Translations under genes and position numbers: made by a program | NCBI GenBank assembly: GCA_964016885.1 | Contig: OZ024760.1 | Span: 31,124,001 to 31,188,000 of the forward strand | DNA length: 64,000 nt | From: Eledone cirrhosa | Lineage: Eukaryota | Direction: 5' to 3' | Notes under the pieces: model-generated | Told to the model about the DNA's origin: nothing | Seen by the model: only the letters and a program-made list of their open reading frames with translations | The model's database searches: none | Part shown: piece after piece, positions 24,168-40,000 of the stretch | Position numbering within the stretch: position 1 is the first letter of the stretch | Layout: every line of letters begins with the position of its first letter

Positions 24168-24710
24168 TGTAGTGACCTACATTCTGCGGGCTCACATACA
24201 TTCTCTGTGCGTAATTTGGCTCAGTTCAGCCAATCAGCGCCAGTAGAAGAGGATGTATCCCTACGCGCCCTGATGAAGAAATTCCCCGCAAAGATTTGAA
24301 GAATCTCTCTCTTGTACCAGAAACTTCGAGCCAGCAACACGCATAATGTAACGGTGAGATATTGCACCCCTAGCCTCGCCGCATTCCCTTTTGTAACCTC
24401 TTTTTATCTGTAACTTCAACCATATAAATAAACATACATTTCATCTCTAATTACTGCTGTTGAAATCATTGTTATGTTACTCATGTCTCAATAACATCTA
24501 TAATCCATGCTGCTGGAATTAGCGACCTGACGAAAGGAATATTGTAAATAGATGGTAAATAGATCGAGGGACATTCCCTCACGTCTATGTCAACAAGATA
24601 ATCCAACGAGGATACTATCACTTACCACACTGGCAACAAACGACCTTCAATCATCTACCCTGTTAAAGTAACGGCCACTGATTCTACCACCCTGCTAAAG
24701 TGGCGACTAC
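24168..24710 (+). mobile_element. LTR family B, third (non-palindromic) copy marking the end of the satellite
   Basis: Homologous to 9577-10128; ends CCCTGCTAAAG-TGGCGAC. Confidence 0.7.
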
Positions 24711-24817
24711 TGTGTGACACACAGAAACAAAATGCCGTAGGATAGAAGAAAGAAAAGGCACAGAAACGAAGAAAGGAATCCCCAGTCACTGAAGAGGTCA
24801 CAGAGTGTGTGACGAAA

Positions 24818-24995
24818 GGACTATGACTATATATATAAACAACTATCTGGTTGTGGAACCAACCAACCAACCAGAAATTTATAATTTATAGGTTTGTAGA
24901 TTTGTAAATTTATAAATTTATAAATATATAATAAATTGAAGTGAAAGCAACTGGTGCGTGTGTTTCTTATTGGCAACATGACCCTCCCAAAGTAT

Positions 24996-25002
<7 letters not shown>
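24818..25002 (+). repeat. Unclassified dispersed repeat; inverted homologue at 63501-63669
   Basis: GGACTATGACTATATATAAACAACTATCTGGTTGTGGAACCAACC...CATGACCCTCCCAAAGTATAACAATAT is present in reverse complement near the window end. Confidence 0.8.
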
Positions 25003-25078
<76 letters not shown>

Positions 25079-25133
25079 TATATAAATATAAATATATATA
25101 TATAAATATATATAAATATAAATATATATAAAT

Positions 25134-25178
<45 letters not shown>

Positions 25179-25205
25179 TATATAAATATAAATATATATA
25201 AATAT

Positions 25206-25626
<421 letters not shown>

Positions 25627-25643
25627 AATATATATATATAAAT

Positions 25644-25676
<33 letters not shown>

Positions 25677-25706
25677 AATATATATATAAAAATATATATA
25701 TATATA

Positions 25707-25816
<110 letters not shown>

Positions 25817-25842
25817 AATATATATATATAAATATATATATA

Positions 25843-25906
<64 letters not shown>

Positions 25907-25977
25907 AATATAAATATATAAATATATATATATATATATAAATATATATATATATAAATATAAATATATAAATATAT

Positions 25978-26010
<33 letters not shown>

Positions 26011-26065
26011 AATATAAATATATAAATATATATATATATATATAAATATAAATATATATATATAA

Positions 26066-26164
<99 letters not shown>

Positions 26165-26169
26165 AAAAT

Positions 26170-26224
<55 letters not shown>

Positions 26225-26227
26225 AAT

Positions 26228-26286
<59 letters not shown>

Positions 26287-26289
26287 AAT

Positions 26290-26320
<31 letters not shown>

Positions 26321-26323
26321 AAT

Positions 26324-26354
<31 letters not shown>

Positions 26355-26453
26355 AATCTATATATATAAATATATATATATATATATAAATCTATATATA
26401 TAAATATATATATATATATATAAATATATATATATAAATATATATATATAAAT

Positions 26454-26484
<31 letters not shown>

Positions 26485-26512
26485 AATATATGTATATAAA
26501 TATATATATATA

Positions 26513-26564
<52 letters not shown>

Positions 26565-26628
26565 AATATATATATATATAAATATATATATATAAATATA
26601 TATATATAAATCTATATATATATAAATC

Positions 26629-26672
<44 letters not shown>

Positions 26673-26725
26673 TATAAATATATAAATATATATATATATA
26701 TAAATCTATATATATATATAAATCT

Positions 26726-26762
<37 letters not shown>

Positions 26763-26779
26763 AATATATATATATATAA

Positions 26780-26811
<32 letters not shown>

Positions 26812-27113
26812 GCAAAGTTTTATTTAAATTGTTGGGTTACAACGAGTAAATATTTATAACTGATATAAAAGCACTCAACAAGTATTTGGAGTATATTTAC
26901 GATATTAAATAAATGGAAACTATATTTATAAAACCATATCTATTTCATTATATATATTTCAGGGATATCATATTAAAAATATGGTATGCCTTCTTCAGAC
27001 AAAATACAATATAAACAGTCTTATAAATAGATAGATTTGACATACCTTTCAGCTTCAACTTCCATTTAAAAAGTTGATTTGGTATTTATTTAATATCGTA
27101 TATATATATATAA

Positions 27114-27194
<81 letters not shown>

Positions 27195-27199
27195 TATAT

Positions 27200-27244
<45 letters not shown>

Positions 27245-27265
27245 TATATATATATATATATAAAT

Positions 27266-27296
<31 letters not shown>

Positions 27297-27299
27297 AAT

Positions 27300-27356
<57 letters not shown>

Positions 27357-27357
27357 A

Positions 27358-27412
<55 letters not shown>

Positions 27413-27437
27413 AATATATATATAAATATATATATAA

Positions 27438-27508
<71 letters not shown>

Positions 27509-27575
27509 AAAATATATATATATATATATATAAAAATATATATATATATATAAAAATATATATATATATATAAAA

Positions 27576-27606
<31 letters not shown>

Positions 27607-27863
27607 TATATATATATATATATATATAAATATATATATAAAAATATATATATATATATATATAAAAATATATATATAAATATATATATAAAAATATATA
27701 TATATATATATATAAAAATATATATATAAATATATATATAAAAATATATATATATATAAAAATATATATATATATATATATAAAAATATATATATAAATA
27801 TATATATAAAAATATATATATATATAAAAATATATATATATATATATATAAAAATATATATAT

Positions 27864-27900
<37 letters not shown>

Positions 27901-27966
27901 AAAATATATATATATATATATAAAAATATATATATATATATATATAAAAATATATATATATATATA

Positions 27967-27998
<32 letters not shown>

Positions 27999-28077
27999 AA
28001 TATATATATATATAAATATATATAAATATATATAAATATATATATATATAAATATATATATAAATATATATATATAA

Positions 28078-28108
<31 letters not shown>

Positions 28109-28168
28109 AATATATATATAATATATATATATATATAAATATATATATAAATATATATATATATATAA

Positions 28169-28287
<119 letters not shown>

Positions 28288-28440
28288 AATATATATATAT
28301 ATAAATATATATATATATAAATATATATATAAATATATATATATAAATATATATATATATAAATATATATATATATAAATATATATATATATAAATATAT
28401 ATATATATAAATATATATATATATAAATATATATAAATAT

Positions 28441-29018
28441 ACACCTCTCCAAGACAATGTCACTGGACCGAGACCTTTGGCGGTACTCAGTAATAGAGAA
28501 GACCCGCCTTACCTAAATACAAAGTAAAAACCTACTACAGTCAGTAGGCACCTCTATCAAAACACACCCCCGTCCCACCACCTCCACCCCACCCACACCG
28601 CCCCTTTCAATGTAAAGTTATGTTGGTCCCACAACATCCAGGCCGAAATAAATGAGGTTGTGTAGGTGTCACGACAAAAAACACACAGTCCACGCTGTAA
28701 ATGTGGCCGTGTAGGCAACACGGTAAAAACCTCCCAGCCCCACACTGTAAATGTGGTTGGTGTTAGGAAGGGCATCCAGCTGTAGAAAACCCGCCAGACA
28801 GTCCACGCTGTAATGTGGCCGTGTAGGCAACACGGTAAAAACCTCCCAGCCCCACACTGTAAATGTGGTTGGTGTTAGGAAGGGCATCCAACTGTAGAAA
28901 ACCCGCCAGACAGTCCTATGCGAGCAAGACAACCACTCTTGCCTCAAGTGGGAAAACCCCCGTCCAAACCCATGCATGCGTGGAACACGGACGCTAAACC
29001 TGATGATGATGATGATGA
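28441..29018 (+). mobile_element. RTE LINE 3' end (second subfamily), copy 1
   Basis: [14 protein letters not shown]-like ORF end, GGTGTTAGGAAGGGCATCC 3'-UTR motif (internally duplicated) and (GAT)n tail. Confidence 0.8.
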
Positions 29019-29045
29019 TATATATATATAAATATATATAAATAT

Positions 29046-29122
<77 letters not shown>

Positions 29123-29137
29123 TATATATATAAATAC

Positions 29138-29226
<89 letters not shown>

Positions 29227-29227
29227 C

Positions 29228-29392
<165 letters not shown>

Positions 29393-29409
29393 AATATATA
29401 TATATATAA

Positions 29410-29441
<32 letters not shown>

Positions 29442-29743
29442 GCAAAGTTTTATTTAAATTGTTGGGTTACAACGAGTAAATATTTATAACTGATATAAAA
29501 GCACTCAACAAGTATTTGGAGTATATTTACGATATTAAATAAATGGAAACTATATTTATAAAACCATATCTATTTCATTATATATATTTCAGGGATATCA
29601 TATTAAAAATATGGTATGCCTTCTTCAGACAAAATACAATATAAACAGTCTTATAAATAGATAGATTTGACATACCTTTCAGCTTCAACTTCCATTTAAA
29701 AAGTTGATTTGGTATTTATTTAATATCGTATATATATATATAA

Positions 29744-29824
<81 letters not shown>

Positions 29825-29829
29825 TATAT

Positions 29830-29874
<45 letters not shown>

Positions 29875-29895
29875 TATATATATATATATATAAAT

Positions 29896-29926
<31 letters not shown>

Positions 29927-29929
29927 AAT

Positions 29930-29986
<57 letters not shown>

Positions 29987-29987
29987 A

Positions 29988-30042
<55 letters not shown>

Positions 30043-30055
30043 AATATATATATAA

Positions 30056-30126
<71 letters not shown>

Positions 30127-30289
30127 AAAATATATATATATATATATATAAAAATATATATATATAAAAATATATATATATATAAAAATATATATATATA
30201 TATATATAAAAATATATATATAAATATATATATAAAAATATATATATATATAAAAATATATATATATATATATATAAAAATATATATAT

Positions 30290-30326
<37 letters not shown>

Positions 30327-30392
30327 AAAATATATATATATATATATAAAAATATATATATATATATATATAAAAATATATATATATATATA

Positions 30393-30424
<32 letters not shown>

Positions 30425-30503
30425 AATATATATATATATAAATATATATAAATATATATAAATATATATATATATAAATATATATATAAATATATATATA
30501 TAA

Positions 30504-30534
<31 letters not shown>

Positions 30535-30594
30535 AATATATATATAATATATATATATATATAAATATATATATAAATATATATATATATATAA

Positions 30595-30713
<119 letters not shown>

Positions 30714-30866
30714 AATATATATATATATAAATATATATATATATAAATATATATATAAATATATATATATAAATATATATATATATAAATATATATATAT
30801 ATAAATATATATATATATAAATATATATATATATAAATATATATATATATAAATATATATAAATAT

Positions 30867-31445
30867 ACACCTCTCCAAGACAATGTCACTGGACCGAGAC
30901 CTTTGGCGGTACTCAGTAATAGAGAAGACCCGCCTTACCTAAATACAAAGTAAAAACCTACTACAGTCAGTAGGCACCTCTATCAAAACACACCCCCGTC
31001 CCACCACCTCCACCCCACCCACACCGCCCCTTTCAATGTAAAGTTATGTTGGTCCCACAACATCCAGGCCGAAATAAATGAGGTTGTGTAGGTGTCACGA
31101 CAAAAAACACACAGTCCACGCTGTAAATGTGGCCGTGTAGGCAACACGGTAAAAACCTCCCAGCCCCACACTGTAAATGTGGTTGGTGTTAGGAAGGGCA
31201 TCCAGCTGTAGAAAACCCGCCAGACAGTCCACGCTGTAATGTGGCCGTGTAGGCAACACGGTAAAAACCTCCCAGCCCCACACTGTAAATGTGGTTGGTG
31301 TTAGGAAGGGCATCCAACTGTAGAAAACCCGCCAGACAGTCCTATGCGAGCAAGACAACCACTCTTGCCTCAAGTGGGAAAACCCCCGTCCAAACCCATG
31401 CATGCGTGGAACACGGACGCTAAACCTGATGATGATGATGATGAT
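30867..31445 (+). mobile_element. RTE LINE 3' end, duplicated copy 2
   Basis: Apparently identical to 28441-29018. Confidence 0.8.
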
Positions 31446-31471
31446 ATATATATATAAATATATATAAATAT

Positions 31472-31548
<77 letters not shown>

Positions 31549-31563
31549 TATATATATAAATAC

Positions 31564-31652
<89 letters not shown>

Positions 31653-31653
31653 C

Positions 31654-31794
<141 letters not shown>

Positions 31795-31806
31795 AATATA
31801 TATATA

Positions 31807-31860
<54 letters not shown>

Positions 31861-32165
31861 AAGAGAGGGAGAGGGAGAGAGAGAGAAGAGGAGTGAGAAT
31901 GTGAGTTGAGAGAGATAGAATAAAAACCAGGAGAGAGAGAGAGTGATCAAGAGAGTAAATTAAGGGATGAAAATGAAGAAAAGCAGTTAGATGTCATTTG
32001 GAAAGATGGAGAAAGAGAGAAAATGGTGAAGGAGGGAGAGAGAGAGAGAGATTGGTGAAGGAGGGAGAGAGAGAGAGAGTTTGGTGAAGGAGGGAGAGAG
32101 AGAGAGAATAGTGAAGGAGGTTGGTTAATAAACAATGCTAGTTTAGTTAGTTACCGTTGCCGATG

Positions 32166-32282
32166 TCACAAGTTGGTTCGGCGGGAATTATCGGTGGAAG
32201 GCCAGAGGTTAGTGAACGACGCACTATCCAAACTGTTGAGGAATGAATCGTTGTCTAAAGAAATCACATCATCATTTTGTTC
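32166..32282 (-). CDS. Last coding exon of an uncharacterised type-I membrane protein (EQNDDVISLDNDSFLNSLDSASFTNLWPSTDNSRRTNL*)
   Basis: Acceptor ctttcag, phase 0 matching the donor at 41520; 38 codons plus TGA. Confidence 0.7.
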   Translation of the reverse strand, partial: EQNDDVISLDNDSFLNSLDSASFTNLWPSTDNSRRTNL

Positions 32283-32400
32283 CTGAAAGTAAAGGAAAAA
32301 GTTAAGTGTTGACACCAAGAATGAAACGACCAAACGTATGTGGCCAGAATACCACACTGATATATACAAAAGTTGAGATAAGTTCAAGTTTATTATTATT

Positions 32401-32593
32401 GTGGCGGATTAGCAGTATTGGTAGAGGCTTTGACGCCATGATTTGACGCACAGAGTTACAGCCCTTGCCATTCTGAGTTCAAATCCCGTCGAGGTTAACT
32501 TTGCCTTTCATCCTTACGGGGTCGATAAAATAAAGTACCAGTAATGCACTGGGTAATTGCTGGTCTTGTGCCAAATGTAGAAACAATTATTAT
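32401..32593 (+). mobile_element. tRNA-derived SINE with Nin/Deu-like central domain
   Basis: B-box GAGTTCAAATCC, core GCCTTTCATCCTTACGGGGTCGATAAAATAAAGTACCAG and (ATT)n tail; related copies at 44716, 54520 and 58884. Confidence 0.75.
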
Positions 32594-32644
32594 TCGTATC
32601 TCCAAGAATTTTTCGGTTCGCATGAGATTTGTACATACTTATAT

Positions 32645-32865
32645 GGAAGCACATGGCTTAGTGGTTAGAGCATTGGCCTTGCAATCAAAAGGTTGTGAGT
32701 TCAATTCTCAGACTGGGTGAGCAAAACACTTTATTTCATATTGCTCCAGTTTACTCAGCTGTAGAAATGAGATGATAGGGACTGGGGTCCATATCATTCC
32801 ACTGCCAAGTGGTCGTAGAGGTGCTACAGAAAAAAAAATCACCCAGGAAGGGCATCCAACCAGTA
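32645..32865 (+). mobile_element. tRNA-derived SINE (RTE-tailed family), internally deleted
   Basis: A-box TGGCTTAGTGG and B-box GAGTTCAATTC; homologous to 62439-62796. Confidence 0.8.
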
Positions 32866-32869
32866 TATA

Positions 32870-35777
32870 TATACTACTGCCAAACACTATGAACACAACG
32901 ACTGAAATTTGCAACAACTGCGTAAACAGCAATAACACTAACCATGTTAGGGCTGCGCACGGTAGTGGGGGTGGCTGGTGAGGCCATGTGTGAGAACCCC
33001 ACAACCGTCATCAAGCAATCGCACAACAGGAAAAAGAACGAAACGTCGCATCTCGGAGTTGCAACACTTAATGTTGGCACTCTAACAGGTAGATCTGGTG
33101 AGATAGCGGAGATGCTGGAGAGAAAGCATGTGGACGAGTGTTGTGTGCAAGAGGTGAGATGGAGAGGTGCCTCTACAAGACTAATCGCAGGCAAACATCG
33201 TAGTTATAAGCTTTTCTGGGTGGGTAATGATGATGGGTTAGGTGGGGTGGGCATATTACTGGCTAAGAGAATGATCAATAAGACAATAGAGGTAGTTAGA
33301 GTTAGTAATAGAATAATTAAGCTTAGATTAGTTGTAGGCAGGAGACTACTGACAATCATCTCTGCCTATGCTCCCCAAGCAGGCCTAGGTAAAGAAGCGA
33401 AAGACTGCTTTTACGAGCAACTTTTACAAACAGCCTCAATGACAGAGGACGGAGACATTGTTATGCTAGCAGGGGACTTCAATGGTCATGTTGGACAGCT
33501 CCAAGATGGATACACTGGGGTACATAGTGGGCACGGTTATGGCTCAAGAAATGAAGAAGGAGTGAGGCTTCTTGAATTTTGTGATGCAAATGCACTAACC
33601 ATTTGTAACACTAACTTCCAGAAACCTGCCAACCATCTAATAACCTACAAATCAGGCGAGCATATAAGCCAGATTGACTTCCTGTTAGTTAGACAGCGAG
33701 ACAGACAGATAGTGTCAAATACTAAGGCATATCCCGGGGAAGAATGTACCCCACAGCATAGGTTAGTCGTTAGTGAAATCTCAGTAAGCATGAGAAAGAA
33801 TGAGACATACAGGAAGGTGTGGAAAAGAAAGGTCTGGAAGCTAAAAGACCTTTCATTAAAATATAAATTTAGCAAAGCCCTTCAAGATGTGTATGACGAA
33901 AAAGAAGATGATTTAGAGACGTATGACATAGATGATAACTGGAATTTCTTACTTGACAACTTACTGCAGGCTACTGAAGAAACTTGTGGTTGGGGCAGAG
34001 CTCCAACCAGACAGAGAGTGACCTGGTGGTGGAACAGCACAGTAGATAAGGCCATTAGAGACAAAAGACTAGCATGGAAAGCTTGGAAAAAGGGTGGGAG
34101 TAGAGATGGATATACAGCTGCTAAGAGAGAAGCTAGACGTCAGGTGTACTTACCACACAAGGAGGCTGAGAGTAGGAGGTTTGCCAATGTTCTGCGACTG
34201 GAAGATCAGAGACGTGCGGTGTTCCACATTGCAAAGCAGTGTGTCAATGCAAATCAGGATGTTGTTGGAGATAAATGTGTCCGGAATGATGCCGGTGTAC
34301 TTAGTGTCACGAATGATCAGAAAAAGGAGGCCTGGAAATGTCACTATGAGAGACTGATGAATGTGAAGAATGAATGGGATAGAGAGAAATTACCCCCAGT
34401 AGATCCGACAGAGGGACCAGCTATTGAGATTGACAAATATAGGGTACAAGAGGCAATTAAGGAAATGAAGAATGGTAAGGCTGTTGGGCTGTTGGGCTGT
34501 CGGTGATAGTTGCTGAGATGCTGAAGGCATCAGGTGAAGTAGGTACTAAACTGATTGCACGCATCATCAATCAGGCTATATATGGTGGTGTCATACCCAA
34601 AGACTGGTGCAGCAGTATTCTCATAAATTGCTACAAAGGTAAAGGGGATGCCCTAGAGAGGAGCAATTATAGGGGCATAAAGCTGATGGATCAGGTTATG
34701 AAAGTGGCAGAGAGAATATTAGCGCAACTGATTAGAGAAAGGGTCAAATTAGATGAGATGCAGTTTGGTTTTGTGCCTCGGAAAAGTACAACAGATGCCC
34801 TCTTCTTAGTGAGGCAACTATAAGAGAAGTTCTTAGAAAAGAATACTTAGCTTTTGTTGACATAGAGAAGGCCTTTGATAGGTACCCCGATCTGTCATCT
34901 GGTGGTCCTTAAGGAAACTAGGTGTAGAGGTATGGCTTGTGAGGGCAGTGCAAGCTATGTACAGGGTGCTATCAGTAAAGTGAGAGTAGGTATGGAGTTT
35001 AGTGGGGAATTCCAGATATAAGTAGGTGTACATCAGGGTTCGATCCTCAGCCCGCTCCAAGCCATAACAGAGGAGATTAAGACTGGATGCCCATGGGAAC
35101 TTCTCTATGCTGATGATCTGGCTCTTATAGCAGAATCAGTAGAGGAGCTAGAGAATAAATTCAGGCTATGGAAACAGCACTTGGAATCAAGAGGACTGAG
35201 AGTGAACATAGCTAAGACAAAAGTGTTGATAAGTAGAAGAGAGAACAATACTCCGATTCCATCAGGGAAATGGCCATGTTCAATATGTAAGAAAGGAACT
35301 GGCATAAATTCCATAAAATGTACGCAATGCAGATCTTGGGTACACAAGAGATGTAGTGGGATAGCAGGCAAACTAACAGGTAGGGAAAACTACATAAGCA
35401 GTAGATGTACAGGGAAAGTTGGCAGTAGTAATCGCAGTGATAGACACATTTTTCCAATGCGGGTGGGGTCTATAGAAGTGGTTGATAGCTTCCAGTACCT
35501 AGGAGATCAGATTAGCATGGGAGGGGGGGGGGGGGGTTCCGAGGCCATAGAATCTAGAATAAGGACAGGTTGGAAGAAATTTAGGGAGATGCTTCTTTTG
35601 TTGACAAAGAAGGGTTTCTCCCTGCGTACAAAAGGAGGGTTATATGATGCCTGTGTGAGATGCGCGATGATGCCTGTGTGAGATGCGCGATGCTGCATGG
35701 TAGTAAGACATGGGAAGCAACTGCAGAGGATATGCGACGGCTTGAGAGAAATGAAGCAAGTATGCTCTGTTGGATGG
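32870..35777 (+). mobile_element. Decayed near-full-length RTE LINE (AP endonuclease plus RT plus PHD-like finger), 3' end missing
   Basis: ATLNVGTL, CVQEVRWRG, AGDFNGHVG and SQIDF endonuclease motifs; NYRGIKL, QFGF and YADD RT motifs; multiple stops and frameshifts after 34490. Confidence 0.92.
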
Positions 35778-36325
35778 GCAAGGGTGGGACGGGTCCTATT
35801 CACCACATCATCTCTCCACTTGTCATGATCCTTCGTCATCTCCTCCGTGAGCTTCAGCAATATGAGGTCTGCTCCAACCACCTCCGCCCATGATTTTCAT
35901 GGTCTTCCTCTACTGCGTCTTCCATCTAGTGGGATTTCTTGGCACTTCTTTTTCCCAGCGGTCATCCCCCATGCGCATCACATATCCATACCAGCGCAGT
36001 CTTCTCTCGTGCATACTACATTTTATCCCTCTTATACAGTTTCTCTCTCAACACATCCATGCTCGGTTGTTTGCGTACATTGATATTGCACATCCAACGG
36101 AGCATGCTTGCTTCATTTCTCTCTAGCCGTCGCATATCCTCTGCAGTTGCTGCTCATGTCTCGCTACGATGCAGCATTGTGCATCTCACACAGGCATCAT
36201 ATAACCGGCCTTTCAATCATAGGGAGAAACCCTTCTTTGTTAACAGACGAAGCTGCTCCCGAAACTTCTTCCAACCCATCCTTATTCTAGATACTATGGC
36301 CTCGGAGCACCCTCCACCCTTGCTA
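35778..36325 (-). mobile_element. Inverted RTE LINE 3' coding fragment joined tail-to-tail to the preceding copy
   Basis: Minus strand encodes GWKKFRE...GRLYDACVR...RRLERNEASMLRWMC and overlaps in homology with 35510-35775. Confidence 0.85.
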
Positions 36326-36388
36326 TTTATATATATATATATATATATAAATTACAGAATAATCAAAACTATGTTCAAAACATTTTAC

Positions 36389-36435
36389 TGCTGACAATCG
36401 TTTCTTCCAAACTTTCGTTTGGAATCATTGGAGCA
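36389..36435 (-). ncRNA. Type-I hammerhead ribozyme motif with mutated core (probably inactive)
   Basis: UGCU CCAAUGA UUCCAAAC-GAAA-GUUUGGAA GAA AC-GAUU-GU C AGCA: all three stems and a GUC site, but the core is CCAAUGA instead of CUGAUGA. Confidence 0.6.
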
Positions 36436-37064
36436 TTAGCAAAGTTTAGACATATAATTAACCTCCTATTCCACAGAACAATCGTAAAGACATGTAGATA
36501 TTAGTGTTGTCACTAATGGTGTCATATTTAAAGAGTGAAGATGGTGTGGTCAGTATCATTGGATGCGACAAAGATTATAAAAGAATAATACAACAATTAT
36601 AGAAGAATTAAAGAAGAAAGTTACTCGCAAAATGAGGACTTTAGCGGTACAAAGGCAAACATAGAAAGAGTGCAGAGGTATTAGGCATGTACAGAACAAC
36701 CAGGTAAGAAACAAGCAATGGTACTAAGCATATATATCACAGTATGGTAAAGGTATCACATAATACAATACAGGTGTAAAAGCATATCAAGCAGACAGAG
36801 ATGCGTGCATATGAAAAGCAGTTTCTATGATAGTTTATGGAGGATGCAATGTTCAAATGTATGTTGTGAGTGTTAATACCAAGGTTTTCCTTTCCATTAC
36901 ATTGGTTATATTTTAGTAAATGTTTATCAGTAGCTACAACTATGGATTGTATATTGGTCTCACTACAATCTTATCAAAGGTTAGAGTCGTTCTGGAGTGA
37001 TCAGTCTAACGGTTTAATTTCAGGAAGTTATTGATTGATTGATTAATGTATGTATGTATGTATG

Positions 37065-40000
37065 TTCTTCTGATTTTATAATTTTATAATATTTTACCAA
37101 TAGAGCAAGAGTCGGTTTCTAACATAAACACAAGACTCTCTCATTGGAATTTACACATCAACTAGGTAGATATGTATGTATGCATGCATGTGTAGATATG
37201 GATGTTATTGTATGTGTGGATGTGAATGTTTTGAGTTGTATGTGTGCATGTGTATATGCTTTGTATCTGTATATGTGTATATGCAGTTATTAGATGCAAA
37301 ATTTTTGGAATGTTTTACATATTTTTACTGTTCCATTAATGGATTGTACTTGTAATTTCCTAACTAGTTGTGTTCTTTCTGTTCCTGTGAAGCCCAGCTT
37401 CTCAAGATTTGTATTGAGGCACTTACTAACATATCCCAGTGCCCCAATAATCACAGGCATAAATCTGAAGGTGTAATCAGGGTGGAGTATCTGCAGATTT
37501 CTCATCAGTTCTGCATAAATATTCTCCTTTTCGCTAATCTTTCATATTATATTGGCATCTGCTGGGCAGCTAATTTCCACTACTGTGCATGCTTTCTTCT
37601 CCCTGTCCCATATCATAATATCTGGTCTGTTATGCTTTCATTTTAATGGGGTTTTTACTGAAACATTCTACCAGTACTCTTTCATATTATGTATATGGAT
37701 GTCTTCCACATTGCTGTAGCTTTTAATGTGTTTATTATCTTTTCTTCGGATTCCATTGTACAGTGTTTTGGCCACTACATCATGCCTCATAGGTAGATAG
37801 TACCGCGTGACATCTTTGGGCAGCTGCTGATGACATGGGTGACATCTTCGATGTTAATTCTGCAGAGTCTGCACGTGTTATCACATCTAGGTGTTTTGCC
37901 TGCATCCCTATCTCATTTGTGAACCAGGTATTTCGTGCTAATCTCCTGTTCCTGGATTGTAAAAGCGTATCCTTCAAAGTGGGAACCAATATAGCGGTTG
38001 TTGGTCCAAGATAGACTACTTTCCTTATATATATTACTCTCACTCTAGAGCTTCATGGCAACATATCCAGGCGTGATTTTTTGCTGATAAGTATGCAGTT
38101 TTTCATCCATGGATTCACTGCGATACTGCTGAGCGACTTCCCTGGGTGTGAATTTTTGATTATCACACAAGGAATATCTCTCAAGGAGTTCCTTCCCAAC
38201 TCTCATGATCTTATCTGTCTCATGCAGATAGACTTGCTCGAGAAACGGGCTCCTACGCTTCGAGGTTTGTAGATGTTGTCGAAGAGATATGATGCGACAT
38301 TCAAATGTTGTCTGGACTGATGTTAGGCCTCTGCCTCCCTGCTTACGTTTAAAGTAAAGTTGTCACTGTTGATGTGGAAGTTTCCGGTGCTGTTTAGTAT
38401 TTTTCGAGTTCCAACATCAACTGCTCGGATTTCGTCTATCGTCCAATTGAGTATTCCAAACGTTGGTGTTAGGACAGGCACAGCAAACACATTGTGAGCC
38501 ACTGTTTTGTTTTGCGCAGAGAGTTCCGATGATCAGATCTTTCTTAATCGGGTGTAGTATTCCCTGGTTACGCGTTCTTTATTACAGATACCATTATAGG
38601 ATAAATTCTCATCTATCCCCAGGTATCTGTAGCAGTCCTCATCAGATATCGGTGAAACAGTTAGGCCATTGATGACAATATTGCTAGATTGGGTTGTTGT
38701 TTTACCCCGCTTTACAGTCATGTATGAGCATTTATCTTGGCCAAACTCTATTCCTATATCCTTTGAGAACGTTGTAACCAGGTCAAGATTTTTCTTCATC
38801 CCATCCATGTTCTTGGCATAGAGTTTCAGATCATCCACAAAGAAATTATGGGTTAGGTTCGTATTTCTGTCCTTCTGTGAGCCAATGATGTATCCTTCAC
38901 ATTTCTTGAGCAGAAAGGACAAGAGGCTTAATGACAAGATGAATAATATCACAGAGAGACTGTCTCCCTGAAATATACCCCTGCGATATTTTATTTTATC
39001 AGTGAAAATAGAGTTTTCCCTCTCTGTCTTTAACCTTAGGATAGTAGCCCAAGAAGAAGACAGCTTCTCTATGGCTCTGATAATAATGTCTGGGAGTTTA
39101 GCAAGTTGGAGGGCCTCTATCATCCAAGAGTGGGGAACAGAATCGAAAGCTTTTCTGTAGTCCAGCCAGACTGTAGCCATATTCCTCCCAAGTTGTCGCA
39201 CCTCCGATATCGCAGTTTTGTTGATTAGGAGTTGTTCAGCACCCCACCCCCACCCACCCACCCCCAAAAAAACCCTTTCTTTCCAGCTGCTTGTTCATCT
39301 GTGATGATGTTATTATTTTCACAATGATCTTGGAGGAATAGGTTCAGGTAGGCTGTATACATCTTATACATCAGGTTCTGGCATGCAATGGGTCGGTAGT
39401 TTTTTGCCAAGTGGGTGTCTTTGTTCTTGGGGACCAGTAATGTTTGTGCTAATGTCAACCATTCTGGTATAAGTGTATCTCCCTTAAGAACTTGTTGGTA
39501 GAGGTCTGTAAGATACCTCCGATAAAATATAAGTTTTTTTGTACCAGTAGCCGACAATCATGTCTCTTCCTAGTGTTTTCTTATCTTGGAGTTTTCCTAT
39601 CACAGTCTCAAGGGTAACCTCACTTATTTTGTATCTTTTTGTTGTAGTGTAGGGGCAATAGTTCTTTCGGATTTCTTTTAGCCACACTGCATCTTGGTTG
39701 AAATTCTTCTTTTCACCCCATATTTTGCTCCAAAAGGAATCTATGTCTTTCTGGGATGGGGCTTCAGTGACACTTATCAGTTTGCCCTTCATATCTCTAT
39801 AAACTCATGTTTGGTTTCATCTAAATCTTTTATTAAGCACTTTTCTTTCATCTACCTTCTTCAGGTATCGGCATTTTTCGCTAACAGCTCTCAATTCTTG
39901 TTTGAGGGTGATCACCTTATATTGGAAAGTTCTGGTTCTACTGTTACCAAACATCGTCTCTATTTTATTTTTCACTCTTTGTTGGTGAGAAGTGAGGTTT

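Noticed and set aside
32645-32720. tRNA gene (also at 62439)
   Set aside because: A and B boxes are present but continue into a SINE body and tail; no proper cloverleaf acceptor stem.
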